From: a virus
Strand: one strand, 5' to 3'
DNA length: 64,000 nt
Virus record (IMG/VR): IMGVR_UViG_3300032524_000070
Position 1 is the stretch's first letter; each line of letters begins with the position of its first letter. The translations under genes were made by a program, and so were the position numbers. The notes below the pieces were generated by a model. The model was not told the origin of the DNA. It ran no database searches and saw only the letters and a program-made list of their open reading frames with translations. This document shows, in pieces, positions 38,101 through 48,199 of this stretch.

Positions 38101-38866
38101 GAACTACGGGGTCAACGGCGGCGGCTACCAGATTGCCTACTACTTCCGCTCCAACTCGCCGCAGACGGCGGGCACCAAGGAGGGCGACATCACCTCCACG
38201 GGCGACGGCACCTTGCCGACGACCTTGGTAGTGGAGCCTCTGCTCGCCAGCCCTAGCGTCTGGACCGGGCAGGTCGGGATGGGTGGTCACGAGCTGGCCT
38301 TCCCCTACGAGTCGCCTCTGGACCAGATCCCCATCAACGATGGGACGACGGTTCCGGCGGGCTCGCAGCAGATCAGCGGGACGACGGAGGAGTGGTACTT
38401 CGCAGCGACGGCAGAGGTCGCGCTCGACCACTTCGACGCGGATACCGGGTTGCTCAACCTGCACGCCTTCGTGCAGCAGGACATCCAGAACGACCAGGAG
38501 TTCGGCGGACCGGACAACGACAAGAAGCCCCGGAAGGATGCGGAGTTCAGGGCCTACTACCCGTTCGCGGATGACGAGTCCTACCGCCCCACCGTGTTCG
38601 CGCAGCCCTTGTTCGGGGCGACGCGGCACAAGTCGTTCACCCCGTTCCTGGCAAGGGCGACGGCTGACGTGCCCGGAGTCGCTGGTGGGCTCCTGTTCCG
38701 CAAGTCGGAGCTGCTGCTCATCGTCCTCTCGCGGTTCGCTGAGCTGGACGACGAGAACAACGTGCGGTTCATCGACCCGCAGAGCAGCAACAGGACGCTG
38801 GCGGCGGTCTACCGGACCCGCAACCTTCTTCTGACCGTGGGAGATCGCACATGCCTCGGAAGCTGA
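35105..38866 (+). CDS. Large virion protein (1253 aa), DUF4815-like N-terminus; paralog of 49804
   Basis: ATG at 35105 (TGATG overlap). GKPVLDAELNL, FLEVWR, HGNV, QLHYRIR, GAIDGFVFAIP and RPDG...ILDLRR are shared with 49804. Confidence 0.75.
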   Translation: MAVKDHTNHFDALESAPTPADLRVPNTVSRSPGTGERAFIGVVAESGKPVLDAELNLHQNAQWMEDYLLRRWQTPSGWLRGRTHLDAYCDWSLETAPAGVTDDSGLVDPGGSAGSAGSGGSGGSGGSAGGGGPLIADDGTLLDSVILPRLEATVAGHPVVVEYTNTKTPGYNLIGLTPAKIYDGTNATVKRTDMIFLEVWRSLVAPSPFATGQIQIVAFASLIAGDLVRINGIALTAVAGAPGLNQFQIGASNDITATNIATAINLVANSFDLIVTARPTTNVVLLTADLPGAGDVISQTGNFITLSVTVATVGAMVVSGATLVGGADRPNKPSSEQDKIYRHGNVLSPSPVWLDDEMVDPIIAVESSQRIQLHYRIRTTSDAEALNYKKHPDGFSNLIAGGGPNDAAIFAQGNRAVPVWAGNGVDTVSYPFVPADKTSTWLQSSAVSFGWEDDGLYVAGDGSATSAANLGAIDGFVFAIPIAFVHRHNNVSDMLAGFKGFDPESNANGAPMYAHTGYVGPLGNIPAGDSDRPDGEFANVITQQNILDLRRHVVFPGVDLAAELKYQVQSLMDGNLRTWSVDTASKQTLGGDSGDASTRYLICNEVGRTESEGATPPLAGENTERGELIRSYDHICRRFADQPIVERVVVAFWPGDRNGAPVAPGTDNPGKYISPKAGGGTMTALWYEGDTLNLDLEFLNSTTLGGMFDSRPGAGTGGGGSGTGIPDQNFLQFAPAGTVITDVLNAWHDDGHYDQVTNQNVQLGIIKGLGTTHLQVTIDANDTVTTEGQPIAGPNIEHKMVGSDVAGAPPVAPANFGSPRRIFLEVEITYPIGVGTTDTPDHEVIPDLGVYTDSVLTVTGPGPLIENDVLQRPADFENLLAARYRSGFREVQSEYVANDTINHAAPLAGTAIGVATVEQIVSLDRSTLRFPRRVWSNDNGTGLYVNDVPGAAVQTVDVPNSELGSSSRLIQLAGGGGIPLSGVGHTLCDIRYFAQDPIPNYGVNGGGYQIAYYFRSNSPQTAGTKEGDITSTGDGTLPTTLVVEPLLASPSVWTGQVGMGGHELAFPYESPLDQIPINDGTTVPAGSQQISGTTEEWYFAATAEVALDHFDADTGLLNLHAFVQQDIQNDQEFGGPDNDKKPRKDAEFRAYYPFADDESYRPTVFAQPLFGATRHKSFTPFLARATADVPGVAGGLLFRKSELLLIVLSRFAELDDENNVRFIDPQSSNRTLAAVYRTRNLLLTVGDRTCLGS
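35426..35500 (+). repeat. Gly/Ser low-complexity linker with (GGCTCTGGT)x3
   Basis: Encodes DPGGSAGSAGSGGSGGSGGSAGGGG. Confidence 0.8.
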
Positions 38867-41800
38867 ATCCCGGCACCCTGACGACGGGGCACGGCAAGGC
38901 GGCCCCTGACGAGATCGCCCTTCGTCCCGAACTGACGGGCGCAGGTCTGGCCGGTCCTGGGCCGAACATCGGGGAGATCCAGCAGACGATCCCCTCGCTG
39001 CCTGGTCAGCTCGCCGTGCAGTCGGTCATCGCCCACATCGACGACCCCAAGCAGGCCCACACCGCCTCGGCCATCGAGCACGACGGGCACCCGGACATCT
39101 TGTGGTCCACCAACGTCGAGGGGGCTCTGGACGAGCTGATCGGCACGGTGCTGAAGCGTCCGCCCATGCTCGGTGAGTGGTCGCCGGACACGACCTTCTC
39201 CGGCATCACGGACTGGGGCTCCTTGAAGCTCCGCGACGGTGGCCTGGAGAACTACGCTGCCCTGACGTTCACCGACGCCACGGTGCAGAACGACGCGAAC
39301 GTCTACCCCTACCTCCTCAGCGAGACGGGGCCGCCTCGGGACACAGAGTTCGCCGTCCCGATGACCGACCCCCGCACGGACCACCAGTTCAACTGGGGCA
39401 TGGACTCGCTCGGCGAGCCCGGCATGGGCTACGGGCGTGCCCACATGGGGGCCTACACCCGCGACGGCGGTGGGGCTGCTGTCCCACCCCTGCCCATCTT
39501 CCGCTCTGGAAGAATCTTCCCCCGTCCGGCAGCCTTCGATGCGACCACGGGCCGCAACGAGCGTGCCCCGGTGACCGTCTCCGGCAACATCTTCCCGGCC
39601 GACCGGGGAGTGCTGGCCCTCATCCACTTCGTCGTGCCCCGTGGTGCGAGCGTGGCTGCCTCGTTCCTGGCACAGCCACTTGTCTCCGACGAGACGGCCC
39701 ACCTGTCCACTCAGGGGCGGGTGGTCGCGGCCATTCTGCTCGGCAACGGCATCCTCGGCGACAAGTGCCACGGGGTCGATCCCTGTGCCGATGCCCACCT
39801 CTGCGACGGCGACCCCGGCGGCATCTTCGGCCCCGGTGTGGATGCAAGCGGCAACTACGACCCCTTCCAGTTCCCCGGCAGGGCGAGCGGTCAGTACGAC
39901 CTGCTGGAGCTGCACCTGGGCGTCAACTCTGCTGCACAGGCCCTCAAGGTCCCGTGGAACGACCTCGACGGCGACACGGTGGCAGGAGCCCAGCGGACGC
40001 CCACGGCAGTCATCCCGGCACCTGGTCAGGTACGCCTCGGCACCGACCCCGACGCAGCTCCCCTGCTCCCGGTGGTCCCGAACGGCATCCCCATCCTCGG
40101 CGGCACCGCTGCCTGCTTCACGGCTGTTATCGGAGCCCAGCCGGGCAGCTTGACCCTCCCCATCCTCGGGGATGCCGTCATCCGGTCATCGAACTTCTTC
40201 CGCTACCGCTTGCCGGTACTGAAGGACTACTCGCCTGCGACCGGGTTGAAGTGGACGCCCAGAGGCGAAGTTCCCACAACCACGTTCGAGACGAGCAGGT
40301 TCTTCGACGTGGCTACCCCCTCGTCTGCCACCTACGAGGACGGCACGCCAGTCGTAGGCGGCCTCCTGCGGTCGGCAGGGGTCTACGACGACTTCGACGA
40401 GGACTACTGGGTCTGGCAGATCGCCCGGTACCGGCAGACGTTCCTGATGCCCTCCATCGCGGCGAACAACGTCCGCGACGAGGCGGGCACCTACATGCTC
40501 GTCCACTTCAAGCGGGAGACGGATTTCGAGTCCTTCGTCCGCGATGCTGTCTTCCCGTGGGACACCCCGGTCCCCTACGAGGTCTACGGAGCGTCCATCG
40601 TGGATGCCCCCGAGGACATCGACAACCTGGCGAACGACTGGCCCGCAGCGACGGTCCCGGTGGCCCCGAACGGTCCGGCTCCGGCCTACGGCTACGCCGC
40701 GAATCCGTGGCACAACATCCGCAACCGCATCTTCATGGACCCGAATGGGGTGAACCTCCCGGGGGTCACTTCGGACACCCTGACGTGGACCTCTGCCTCT
40801 GCTCCGGGTGGCGGGACAGAAGAGGTCGTCTGGGTGTCGGGCATCGCCTACTTCACGCCCCGCGACATCACCACAGGAGCACCCAGCGTTCGGATCACCG
40901 AATGCGACATCACCCTCGCAGCAGGCTTCTGGAGTTCGTACCGCACGGACTACGCCGACCTGGAGACGTGGCCGACCATCGGCCCGGCTGTAGTGGCTTC
41001 GCAGAACCCGGCGATGGTGGCAACGGCTCCGTGGGGCTACGGCCCCGATGGTGGGCTGGCGAGTTCCCTGACCGTCCCGGTGAACCCGAACCCGGCCATC
41101 GGCTTCATCCCGGCCACGACCTACCAGGATCAGTTCCGGCTCGAAGTACCGTTCACGCACCTGGGCGGCAACGTCGGCGGGGCCTTCACCGACGCCAACG
41201 CCCCGCTGGACGCCGATCCCCTGGTGCTGGCCCTGCCCTCCCCCATCGAGCTGCTGGGTGACAACCTCGACCCGTCCTTCTCCAGCAACGCGGTCGTGCG
41301 AGTCCACTTCCGCCGTCCGCTCAACCACATCGCCGCCAACTCCACGAACCTGCCGCACACGGCGGCGGACGGTCACGGCTACCTCTTGACCCACACCGAC
41401 GCAGGCACGGTGCTGCTGCACACGACCCGGTGGGACGCTGCGAACAGGGTCGGGGACTACGGCAACTTCCTGGTCGGCGGTGCTGGGGCCATCGAGTTCA
41501 ACACGCCTCTCAAGGACTACACCGAGAGGTTCCTGGACGAGGGCCATCGCTACGTCGCCGATGCCCCGGCGGGCATCAACGGCACCGGCCCCTACACGGC
41601 AGCCACCATCGCGGCCCTCGATGGCCCCGGCATGGGTGGATGGGCTGGTGGTCCGGTAGAGACCCCGGTGCGTGTCTCGCTGGCGAACGCTCCGTGGAGC
41701 GGGTCCTCGTGGTTGCTGCAAGGACACCACCTCCTCGACCTGTCGGGGGCGACCCTGAGCCACGACGCTCTCCAGGTGGCTGGGCTGCCTGACCGGAACC

Positions 41801-42546
41801 CGCAGATCAAGGACGTGAACACCGTCCCGTTCCCCTCGGCAGGGGTGCTCATCTACCCGAGGACCAACTACGCGGTGGGGCACTTCCCGGTGACGGTGAC
41901 TCACATCACGGCGGTTCAGTTCGACTACAGCGGAGCGGTGGGGCAGCGCACCTACATCCGGTGCTTCGATGCGGCCTTCTCCAACCACGCGACTCCGGTG
42001 GCCGTGGCAGGGAAGTCGGATCTGCTGGTCCGACTCGATGGCATCACCCTTGCCGACATCCTCTACGCAGCCCCCGGCCCTGGTGGTCTGAACGCTTCCC
42101 GCATCGCCGTGGCTCTCAAGGTGCCCGGCCTGACGACGTGGATGGACGCGGGGCGGCAGGATGGTGCAGGACCGAGCAAGCAGGACAACCTGCTGGACGG
42201 TGCTGGCTGCCTGGTGCTCGGGAACGAGACCTACACGTTCACCGACCCGGTGACGGGGTACAAGGGCTGCTACCTCAAGATCAACGTCGGCCCCGTGGCA
42301 GGCCTGTTCATCAACCCGGCCCTGTGGTCGAGCTACACCGCTGGCTCGCCTCTGGGCGAGGCTCCGGTGCTCGTCAAGGTGTCGATGGACCAGGGGGCTC
42401 TGTCCTACAACCTGGAGCACCGGGCCACTGGCGTCGGTACCTTCGAGGGTGGCCCTGCCAAGCCTGGTGGCGAGTCCGACCAGGTGCGCGGCCTGTTCAC
42501 CATGCGGCTGGTACACCCCGCCGATACCCTGATCGCGTCCGACTGA
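38851..42546 (+). CDS. Large virion structural protein (1231 aa)
   Basis: Long ORF overlapping the upstream stop. N-terminal HIDDPKQAHTASAI...NVEGALDEL motif is typical of fibre/virion protein linkers. Confidence 0.7.
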   Translation: MPRKLNPGTLTTGHGKAAPDEIALRPELTGAGLAGPGPNIGEIQQTIPSLPGQLAVQSVIAHIDDPKQAHTASAIEHDGHPDILWSTNVEGALDELIGTVLKRPPMLGEWSPDTTFSGITDWGSLKLRDGGLENYAALTFTDATVQNDANVYPYLLSETGPPRDTEFAVPMTDPRTDHQFNWGMDSLGEPGMGYGRAHMGAYTRDGGGAAVPPLPIFRSGRIFPRPAAFDATTGRNERAPVTVSGNIFPADRGVLALIHFVVPRGASVAASFLAQPLVSDETAHLSTQGRVVAAILLGNGILGDKCHGVDPCADAHLCDGDPGGIFGPGVDASGNYDPFQFPGRASGQYDLLELHLGVNSAAQALKVPWNDLDGDTVAGAQRTPTAVIPAPGQVRLGTDPDAAPLLPVVPNGIPILGGTAACFTAVIGAQPGSLTLPILGDAVIRSSNFFRYRLPVLKDYSPATGLKWTPRGEVPTTTFETSRFFDVATPSSATYEDGTPVVGGLLRSAGVYDDFDEDYWVWQIARYRQTFLMPSIAANNVRDEAGTYMLVHFKRETDFESFVRDAVFPWDTPVPYEVYGASIVDAPEDIDNLANDWPAATVPVAPNGPAPAYGYAANPWHNIRNRIFMDPNGVNLPGVTSDTLTWTSASAPGGGTEEVVWVSGIAYFTPRDITTGAPSVRITECDITLAAGFWSSYRTDYADLETWPTIGPAVVASQNPAMVATAPWGYGPDGGLASSLTVPVNPNPAIGFIPATTYQDQFRLEVPFTHLGGNVGGAFTDANAPLDADPLVLALPSPIELLGDNLDPSFSSNAVVRVHFRRPLNHIAANSTNLPHTAADGHGYLLTHTDAGTVLLHTTRWDAANRVGDYGNFLVGGAGAIEFNTPLKDYTERFLDEGHRYVADAPAGINGTGPYTAATIAALDGPGMGGWAGGPVETPVRVSLANAPWSGSSWLLQGHHLLDLSGATLSHDALQVAGLPDRNPQIKDVNTVPFPSAGVLIYPRTNYAVGHFPVTVTHITAVQFDYSGAVGQRTYIRCFDAAFSNHATPVAVAGKSDLLVRLDGITLADILYAAPGPGGLNASRIAVALKVPGLTTWMDAGRQDGAGPSKQDNLLDGAGCLVLGNETYTFTDPVTGYKGCYLKINVGPVAGLFINPALWSSYTAGSPLGEAPVLVKVSMDQGALSYNLEHRATGVGTFEGGPAKPGGESDQVRGLFTMRLVHPADTLIASD

Positions 42547-42548
42547 TG

Positions 42549-42580
42549 CGGTGGGGAGCCTATAGCCACGCAGAGGCAGA
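42549..42580 (+). promoter_or_regulatory. Putative late-promoter motif copy 4
   Basis: CGGT-GGGGA-GCCTATAgccacgcagaGGCAGA. Confidence 0.55.
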
Positions 42581-42594
42581 CGGAGTGAAGTCTG

Positions 42595-45500
42595 ATGGCT
42601 GATTACCCACTGACGAAGCTGGAGAAGGCGCTCGCCCGCCGGGCGTCGTCGTCAGCGTCGAAGCCCGCATGGCAAGAGCTGATGGAGCGGTACGACACCG
42701 TGCCGTCATCCAAGTCGGTCCAGGCCCCCGATGCCATCACGGGCTTCAGCGGCTCGTGGGCCGCCAGCTACGACCTGGGTGGCTCGCTGCGGGACATGAC
42801 GGTCGGGGAGAGCCCCGCGCAGATCCAGCGACGCACGAACTTGCTGGGCCAGCCCGGCATGGGCGAGATCAACTTCCGCCCCTACGACCACGGCACCAAC
42901 CGGCACGGCAAGTACGGCCCCAGCCTCCTCGGCCACCCCATCTCCTTCCAGGTGGTCGGCCCGACCGCGAAGACCCGTGGGCTGGTCCACCAGTGGTTCA
43001 TCACCGAGGCGGGCAACGTCGATACGTTGAACCTCGACGTGGGCGCGGACATCAACTCGAAGTCCATCACTCCGAGCCCCCTCCCGGCGGGTGCGGACAC
43101 CATCGGGGAGATCTACGGCTTCACGGCGATCCCGGAGGGTGGGCTCTACATCGTCGTCACGATGACGGGCTCTGAGGGCGTCGTCACCGACAACGGTGCG
43201 TTTGCCCCCGGCACGGATGGTGGGCTCGGCGATGGGTTCATCGGTGAGGACGATGGGGGTGCCCCCATCGGAGCGGGTGCCCGTCTGGCGGTCATCCCCC
43301 GCACGGAGTCGGTGAAGTACGAGATCTTCCGCGTCACGGCCATGACGCCGACGACTCTGGTGCTCGACAACGCCAAGCGGCTGTCCACCTACTTCGACTA
43401 CAACATCGGAGCGAACGCCCCGGTCATCCGGGCCATCACCATCATCCGGCCCGCAGCGACGCGACTGGTGGCGGTCCCCGGTTCCGGCAGCGTGCAGGGG
43501 GGCGAGCAGACGTTCGCCTTCGTGCCCCCGGTGACGGCCCTCAACGCGGACTGGCAGCCCGTCTACGCATCGGCCACTGGCACAGGTCTCTTTGACCCGT
43601 GGACCAGTGCCAAGAACCTGGACACGAACCCCGCGTGGGGCTTCGCAGCCGACGCCAAGGACTACGGCCAGGCGGTCGTGCTCCCGATTCCGGCCCCCGT
43701 CAACCGAGGACAGGGACGGCTCCAGGGCATCAACGGGGAGGCCCCACAGCAGCTCCCACTCGGTCGTTTCCGTCTCATCCTGGATGCGGCGAGCTACTTC
43801 GGCAGCACGCTCGACATCGGCAAGATCATCCGCATCTATGACATCCGGCGAGTGCTGGATGGTGACTGGGAGACCATCGCGTCCGCTCCGGCGACCCATC
43901 GGGGTCGGCCCCTCCTGGATCGGATGCTCGGCTACTTCGAGATCTTCAACACAGGCAACGCCGATCAGGGCGTCGGGGCGAACAACTTCTACGACCTGAA
44001 GTTCGTCTCGCAGGTTGATCCCGACACGGGCGTCCCCTTCTTCGGTGCTGGCACGAACTTCGTGATGGCGACTGGCAGTGGAGCCGGACAGGAAGTCCGG
44101 TTCCAGTGGACGGTCCATGAGCCCATCTCGACTCTGTGGACTGACCGCTACCTGCACCCGACCCGGCTTGACTCAGCCCGGCTGAAGAACCTCATCGACC
44201 CCCGCTGGGTCAAGCCGACCTTGAAGGGTCGGGAACTGACCGACATGGCCGGTCACCAGGCGATGCCTGACCGGGCCATCTTCGATACGAGTTCGAGCAG
44301 TGCTGGTGTTGCGGGCGGCAACGCGAATCCGGGCAACCTGCTGGACCTCGGTTTCCGGGTGGTCTTGTTCCCCGCCAAGGTCATCGGAGCCCCTACGACA
44401 TCCCTGGTGCCGGACTTCGACAACCCCATCGACGCGAATGAGGTGGTCCTCGACCCGACGAAGCTGGATGAGAACCAGTTCATCGAGGTGGACTACTCCG
44501 CAGGGCTCGTTCACCTGTCCCACCCGCCCGTGGTGGGCAGCCAGCTCGTCCCGCTCGCAGGAATCCTGACGGCGGACGACAACCCCCGTGGCGAGGCCGT
44601 GTTCTTCGCTGCCTGCGTGCCCTTCAGCCGCGAGCCCGGCCAGATGGGCGTGAACCCTCGTCTGACGGCGGGACGAAGCCTTGACCGTGCGGGGAGCTTC
44701 TGTGGGCTGGACAGCCCGGAGCCCGTGGATGTCTACGGTGGTCGCATCTTCTGGCCGGGAGACAACCAGACGATCAACAGCGGGCCACAGCGCACCATCC
44801 AGTTGAACGTGGAGCTGGGTCCCATCGACCTGCCCTTGACGGGCTTCGTGGACGTGCTGATCGGGGATCACAACCCGGCGGGCGATCCCCTCTTCTCCAA
44901 CTCCGATGAGGAACGGCTCTGCACCTTCGGCTACAGCACCGTCAACTACAACGACGTGGGCCACGGTGGTCGGACGACCCTGGAGGGGACGTTCGGCGGT
45001 GGTGACCAGACGGGTCCGGCGAGCTACGTCGTCGTGCCTGCCACCACCCCGGTCACGGTGGTCCTCCGCAAGAACATCGTCCTGCCGAACACCCTGGACG
45101 GCCGCACTGGCACCGACTACCAGTTCGACACGACCTACGGCTACGCCAAGCGGCCTGCAACGCTGCGCTTCACGCATGGCGATCTGACCCCTGAGCACGA
45201 CGGCTCGGTCAGCATCTCGACGAAGGACCCCCGCACGGACGCCCACGAGGCGCTCTTCAGCGAGCTGTTCTCGTCCTGGTGCATCAGCGGTGGCATCAAC
45301 TCGACGGTTCTGCCGTCCGTTGGAGCGACGCTGCACTTCAGCGAGGCGGTCGTGCTCATCCAGGGCATCCGCACCGTCATGCCCGAGCAGGACTTGGTGC
45401 TCGGTGTGGTGGCTGGCCCTCCGGCGTCCCGGTACGTCTACATCGACGGCAGCACCCCGGCTTGCCCGGTCTGGGCCAGCACGACTGTACTGCCCCTGCC

Positions 45501-48195
45501 CACCGACAACGACGTGCTCATGGCGTCGTACACGCACGCAGGCGGGAACATCCAGACGCTCATCGACCTCCGCGACCCGCTCGTGGACATCGACAAGCGG
45601 CTGGAAGTCACGGTCGGCAACCCTTCGGGGCATGGCCAGCCGGGAGACGCGCACTTCAACGAGCTGGCCGATGCCGTCGCGTTCGTGACGGAGACCTACC
45701 GGGCCTTCCAGGTCTCGGGCGCACCGGGCGAAGAGGGTCGGGCTCGCCGCATCAAGGTCATCGGGCCGACGCGGGAGGACAACGCCAAGCTCCCCATCTC
45801 GCCAGCCGGTCTCAGTGGGGTCATCATCGAGGGTGCCGCCCGGACGCCGGACGACACCGCCGCGAACCCCCTGTCGATCACCTGGGAGGGGGCAGCGGCT
45901 CCCCCGCTGTTCGACCTCTCGGATGTATCTGGCTGGACGTTCCGGGATCTGGCCTTCCGCTTCGTGGACTCGGCGGCTTCGGCGGTGGTGCCGGAACGCT
46001 GCCTGTTCATCACGAGGGATGGCCCGACTCGGAACTGCATCTTCGAGAACATCTACCTTCTCGGGAAGGCCCACGGCTTCTACTACATCGACGACACTGC
46101 CGTCCCTGGCAGTGCCGCCTACGACAACCTGCTGTTCCGCAACTGCGCTGCCACGGAGCTGACCGACTTCGCCATCCGGGTCGAGAACAACATCGACGCG
46201 GCCAACGCCGACGTGATGAAGGTCGAGGGCTGCGACTTCACGGTGGCCAAGGGAGCTGGCCGCGAGCTGAACGGGACGATCACCGATGGTGGCATCGTCC
46301 ACGTCGGGACGACCAACGCCGAGCGGACCAGCATCCGGGACAGCAGGCTCATTGGCGGCAACGTCGGCATGTTCTCTGCTGGTGTCGGCAACGTCATCGA
46401 CGGCTGCCTCATCCAGAACACCGACCTCCCGGCGATCTGGGCGAAGTCGGACTTCTGGGAGATCAACAACAACGACATCGTGGCCGCCCACACCGTCAAG
46501 GGCACGTCCGGGCCGTTGAACCCCGCCAAGGTGGCCCTCTACATCGACGCGGGTGGTGCTGGACAGAACGAAGTCCACGTCATCAACAACCGGGTCGATG
46601 TCAGCGGTGGTGCAGCGGGCGACCGGGCCATCTTCAGCGACGGCAACACCTTCAACTGCATCTTCTCCGGCAACAGCGTCGATTTCGACATCATGGCTGC
46701 GACGGCAGTTCACATCCTCGACAACGACATCGCGGTAGGCGATCTGTCGTTCGATGCCAGTTGCACCGTCCGGGGCAACGCCGTGGTCGGAGACATGATC
46801 CCCCTGGGGACCCTGGCCAACATCTCCAACAACAACGTGGCCGGTCTGCTGCTGGGCATCCTTGGGACGAACTGCCGCTACAGCAACAACAACTTCCTGA
46901 GCAGCACCGCCACCGACCATGTGGTCGCCAACGGGAGCAGCTTCAACGGCGACTGGTTCGGGGACCAGGCATCGGCTGGTGGTCGGGTCGAGCTGGCGAA
47001 CGACTGCACCTTCATCGGGTGCCGCTTCTCTGATGCCGTGGATGGTGTGACGAAGTTGCCTTCCCGGAACCGTTTCGAGGCGTGCGTGTTCGATATGTAC
47101 GCCACCGGCTTCCAGGTAAGGGGTGGCTCAAACTCCTTCCTTGGCAACGCCTTCAACGACCGGACGGCGGGTCCAGTCCTCAATCTTGAGATCAACATCA
47201 AGGGTGAGGGGACGGTCTTCTCGGACAACAAGTGCTCCATCGGCACCTTGTCGCTGGAGCCCGAAGCGGGTGAGAACCAGCGGTTCGTGGTGACCGGCAA
47301 CCAGTTCTTCGTCCCTGACATCAACGTGGGCGGCATGTGGATTCAGGGCGGCTACAGCGTGGTCAGCGACAACGTGGTGGTCGGCTGGGAGAGCGAGAGC
47401 GCCGACCCCGACAAGTTCTCCATCTTTGTCGAGGGGAACCAGAACGTCGTCAACGGCAATCTCTGTACCAAGAGCCTTCAGGTGAAGGGTGCCCAGTGTA
47501 CGGCGGTGGGGAACCGGGTCTTGATCAACGCCGTCGTCGCGTTGACCGATGGCAAGTTCGACTCGAACCACGTCCAGGGCGATGTGCTCATCGGTGGTGG
47601 GGCAGCGGCCAGCATCCAGTTCAACAGCAACCGGATCGCGGGCGACGTGGACTACCTGACGCCCGCGACCGACTCCCTGATCTCCAGTTCGTTCAACGAC
47701 AACCGCATCGTCGGTACGACCACCCTGGCCGTAGCGGCTGGTGTGTCCATCGTGGACAGCACGATCTCGGGCAACAGGTTCGGCAACGACTTCGCGGCCA
47801 CCCAGAGCGACGACTGCACCTTCGTAGGGAACCGCTGCACCGGCAGCGTGAATCTCACCAACTCGGTGGGGCTGGTCTGCAACAACAACCGCATCGGCAA
47901 GGGTGGGGCGACGAAGAACCTCATCCTCACCACCTGTGCCGACTACATCTGCAACGGCAACTACGTCGAGGGCAGCATCCTGGTGGACGCCAACACTAGC
48001 GGGACAGGCGTGGGCATCCTGGTCGGCAACCGAGCGGCGGTCATCTCGTCGGACAACGCTCCGCTCGCAGGTCAGGTTGCTGTCGGCAACCGGACGACCG
48101 TCAACGGGGTCACCCCGTCGCTCTTCAACACGAACACGGGCGTCGTCGCCGACATCGGCGTTACCGTGCCCTCGAACTTGAACACCGAGGTCTAG
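42595..48195 (+). CDS. Tailspike-like protein (1866 aa) with long C-terminal right-handed beta-helix
   Basis: The last ~800 aa are dense in I/V-x-G-N, NN and CTF.GNR repeats (pectin-lyase fold). They are preceded by the AHFNELADAVAF cap motif. Confidence 0.75.
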   Translation: MADYPLTKLEKALARRASSSASKPAWQELMERYDTVPSSKSVQAPDAITGFSGSWAASYDLGGSLRDMTVGESPAQIQRRTNLLGQPGMGEINFRPYDHGTNRHGKYGPSLLGHPISFQVVGPTAKTRGLVHQWFITEAGNVDTLNLDVGADINSKSITPSPLPAGADTIGEIYGFTAIPEGGLYIVVTMTGSEGVVTDNGAFAPGTDGGLGDGFIGEDDGGAPIGAGARLAVIPRTESVKYEIFRVTAMTPTTLVLDNAKRLSTYFDYNIGANAPVIRAITIIRPAATRLVAVPGSGSVQGGEQTFAFVPPVTALNADWQPVYASATGTGLFDPWTSAKNLDTNPAWGFAADAKDYGQAVVLPIPAPVNRGQGRLQGINGEAPQQLPLGRFRLILDAASYFGSTLDIGKIIRIYDIRRVLDGDWETIASAPATHRGRPLLDRMLGYFEIFNTGNADQGVGANNFYDLKFVSQVDPDTGVPFFGAGTNFVMATGSGAGQEVRFQWTVHEPISTLWTDRYLHPTRLDSARLKNLIDPRWVKPTLKGRELTDMAGHQAMPDRAIFDTSSSSAGVAGGNANPGNLLDLGFRVVLFPAKVIGAPTTSLVPDFDNPIDANEVVLDPTKLDENQFIEVDYSAGLVHLSHPPVVGSQLVPLAGILTADDNPRGEAVFFAACVPFSREPGQMGVNPRLTAGRSLDRAGSFCGLDSPEPVDVYGGRIFWPGDNQTINSGPQRTIQLNVELGPIDLPLTGFVDVLIGDHNPAGDPLFSNSDEERLCTFGYSTVNYNDVGHGGRTTLEGTFGGGDQTGPASYVVVPATTPVTVVLRKNIVLPNTLDGRTGTDYQFDTTYGYAKRPATLRFTHGDLTPEHDGSVSISTKDPRTDAHEALFSELFSSWCISGGINSTVLPSVGATLHFSEAVVLIQGIRTVMPEQDLVLGVVAGPPASRYVYIDGSTPACPVWASTTVLPLPTDNDVLMASYTHAGGNIQTLIDLRDPLVDIDKRLEVTVGNPSGHGQPGDAHFNELADAVAFVTETYRAFQVSGAPGEEGRARRIKVIGPTREDNAKLPISPAGLSGVIIEGAARTPDDTAANPLSITWEGAAAPPLFDLSDVSGWTFRDLAFRFVDSAASAVVPERCLFITRDGPTRNCIFENIYLLGKAHGFYYIDDTAVPGSAAYDNLLFRNCAATELTDFAIRVENNIDAANADVMKVEGCDFTVAKGAGRELNGTITDGGIVHVGTTNAERTSIRDSRLIGGNVGMFSAGVGNVIDGCLIQNTDLPAIWAKSDFWEINNNDIVAAHTVKGTSGPLNPAKVALYIDAGGAGQNEVHVINNRVDVSGGAAGDRAIFSDGNTFNCIFSGNSVDFDIMAATAVHILDNDIAVGDLSFDASCTVRGNAVVGDMIPLGTLANISNNNVAGLLLGILGTNCRYSNNNFLSSTATDHVVANGSSFNGDWFGDQASAGGRVELANDCTFIGCRFSDAVDGVTKLPSRNRFEACVFDMYATGFQVRGGSNSFLGNAFNDRTAGPVLNLEINIKGEGTVFSDNKCSIGTLSLEPEAGENQRFVVTGNQFFVPDINVGGMWIQGGYSVVSDNVVVGWESESADPDKFSIFVEGNQNVVNGNLCTKSLQVKGAQCTAVGNRVLINAVVALTDGKFDSNHVQGDVLIGGGAAASIQFNSNRIAGDVDYLTPATDSLISSSFNDNRIVGTTTLAVAAGVSIVDSTISGNRFGNDFAATQSDDCTFVGNRCTGSVNLTNSVGLVCNNNRIGKGGATKNLILTTCADYICNGNYVEGSILVDANTSGTGVGILVGNRAAVISSDNAPLAGQVAVGNRTTVNGVTPSLFNTNTGVVADIGVTVPSNLNTEV

Positions 48196-48199
48196 CCAG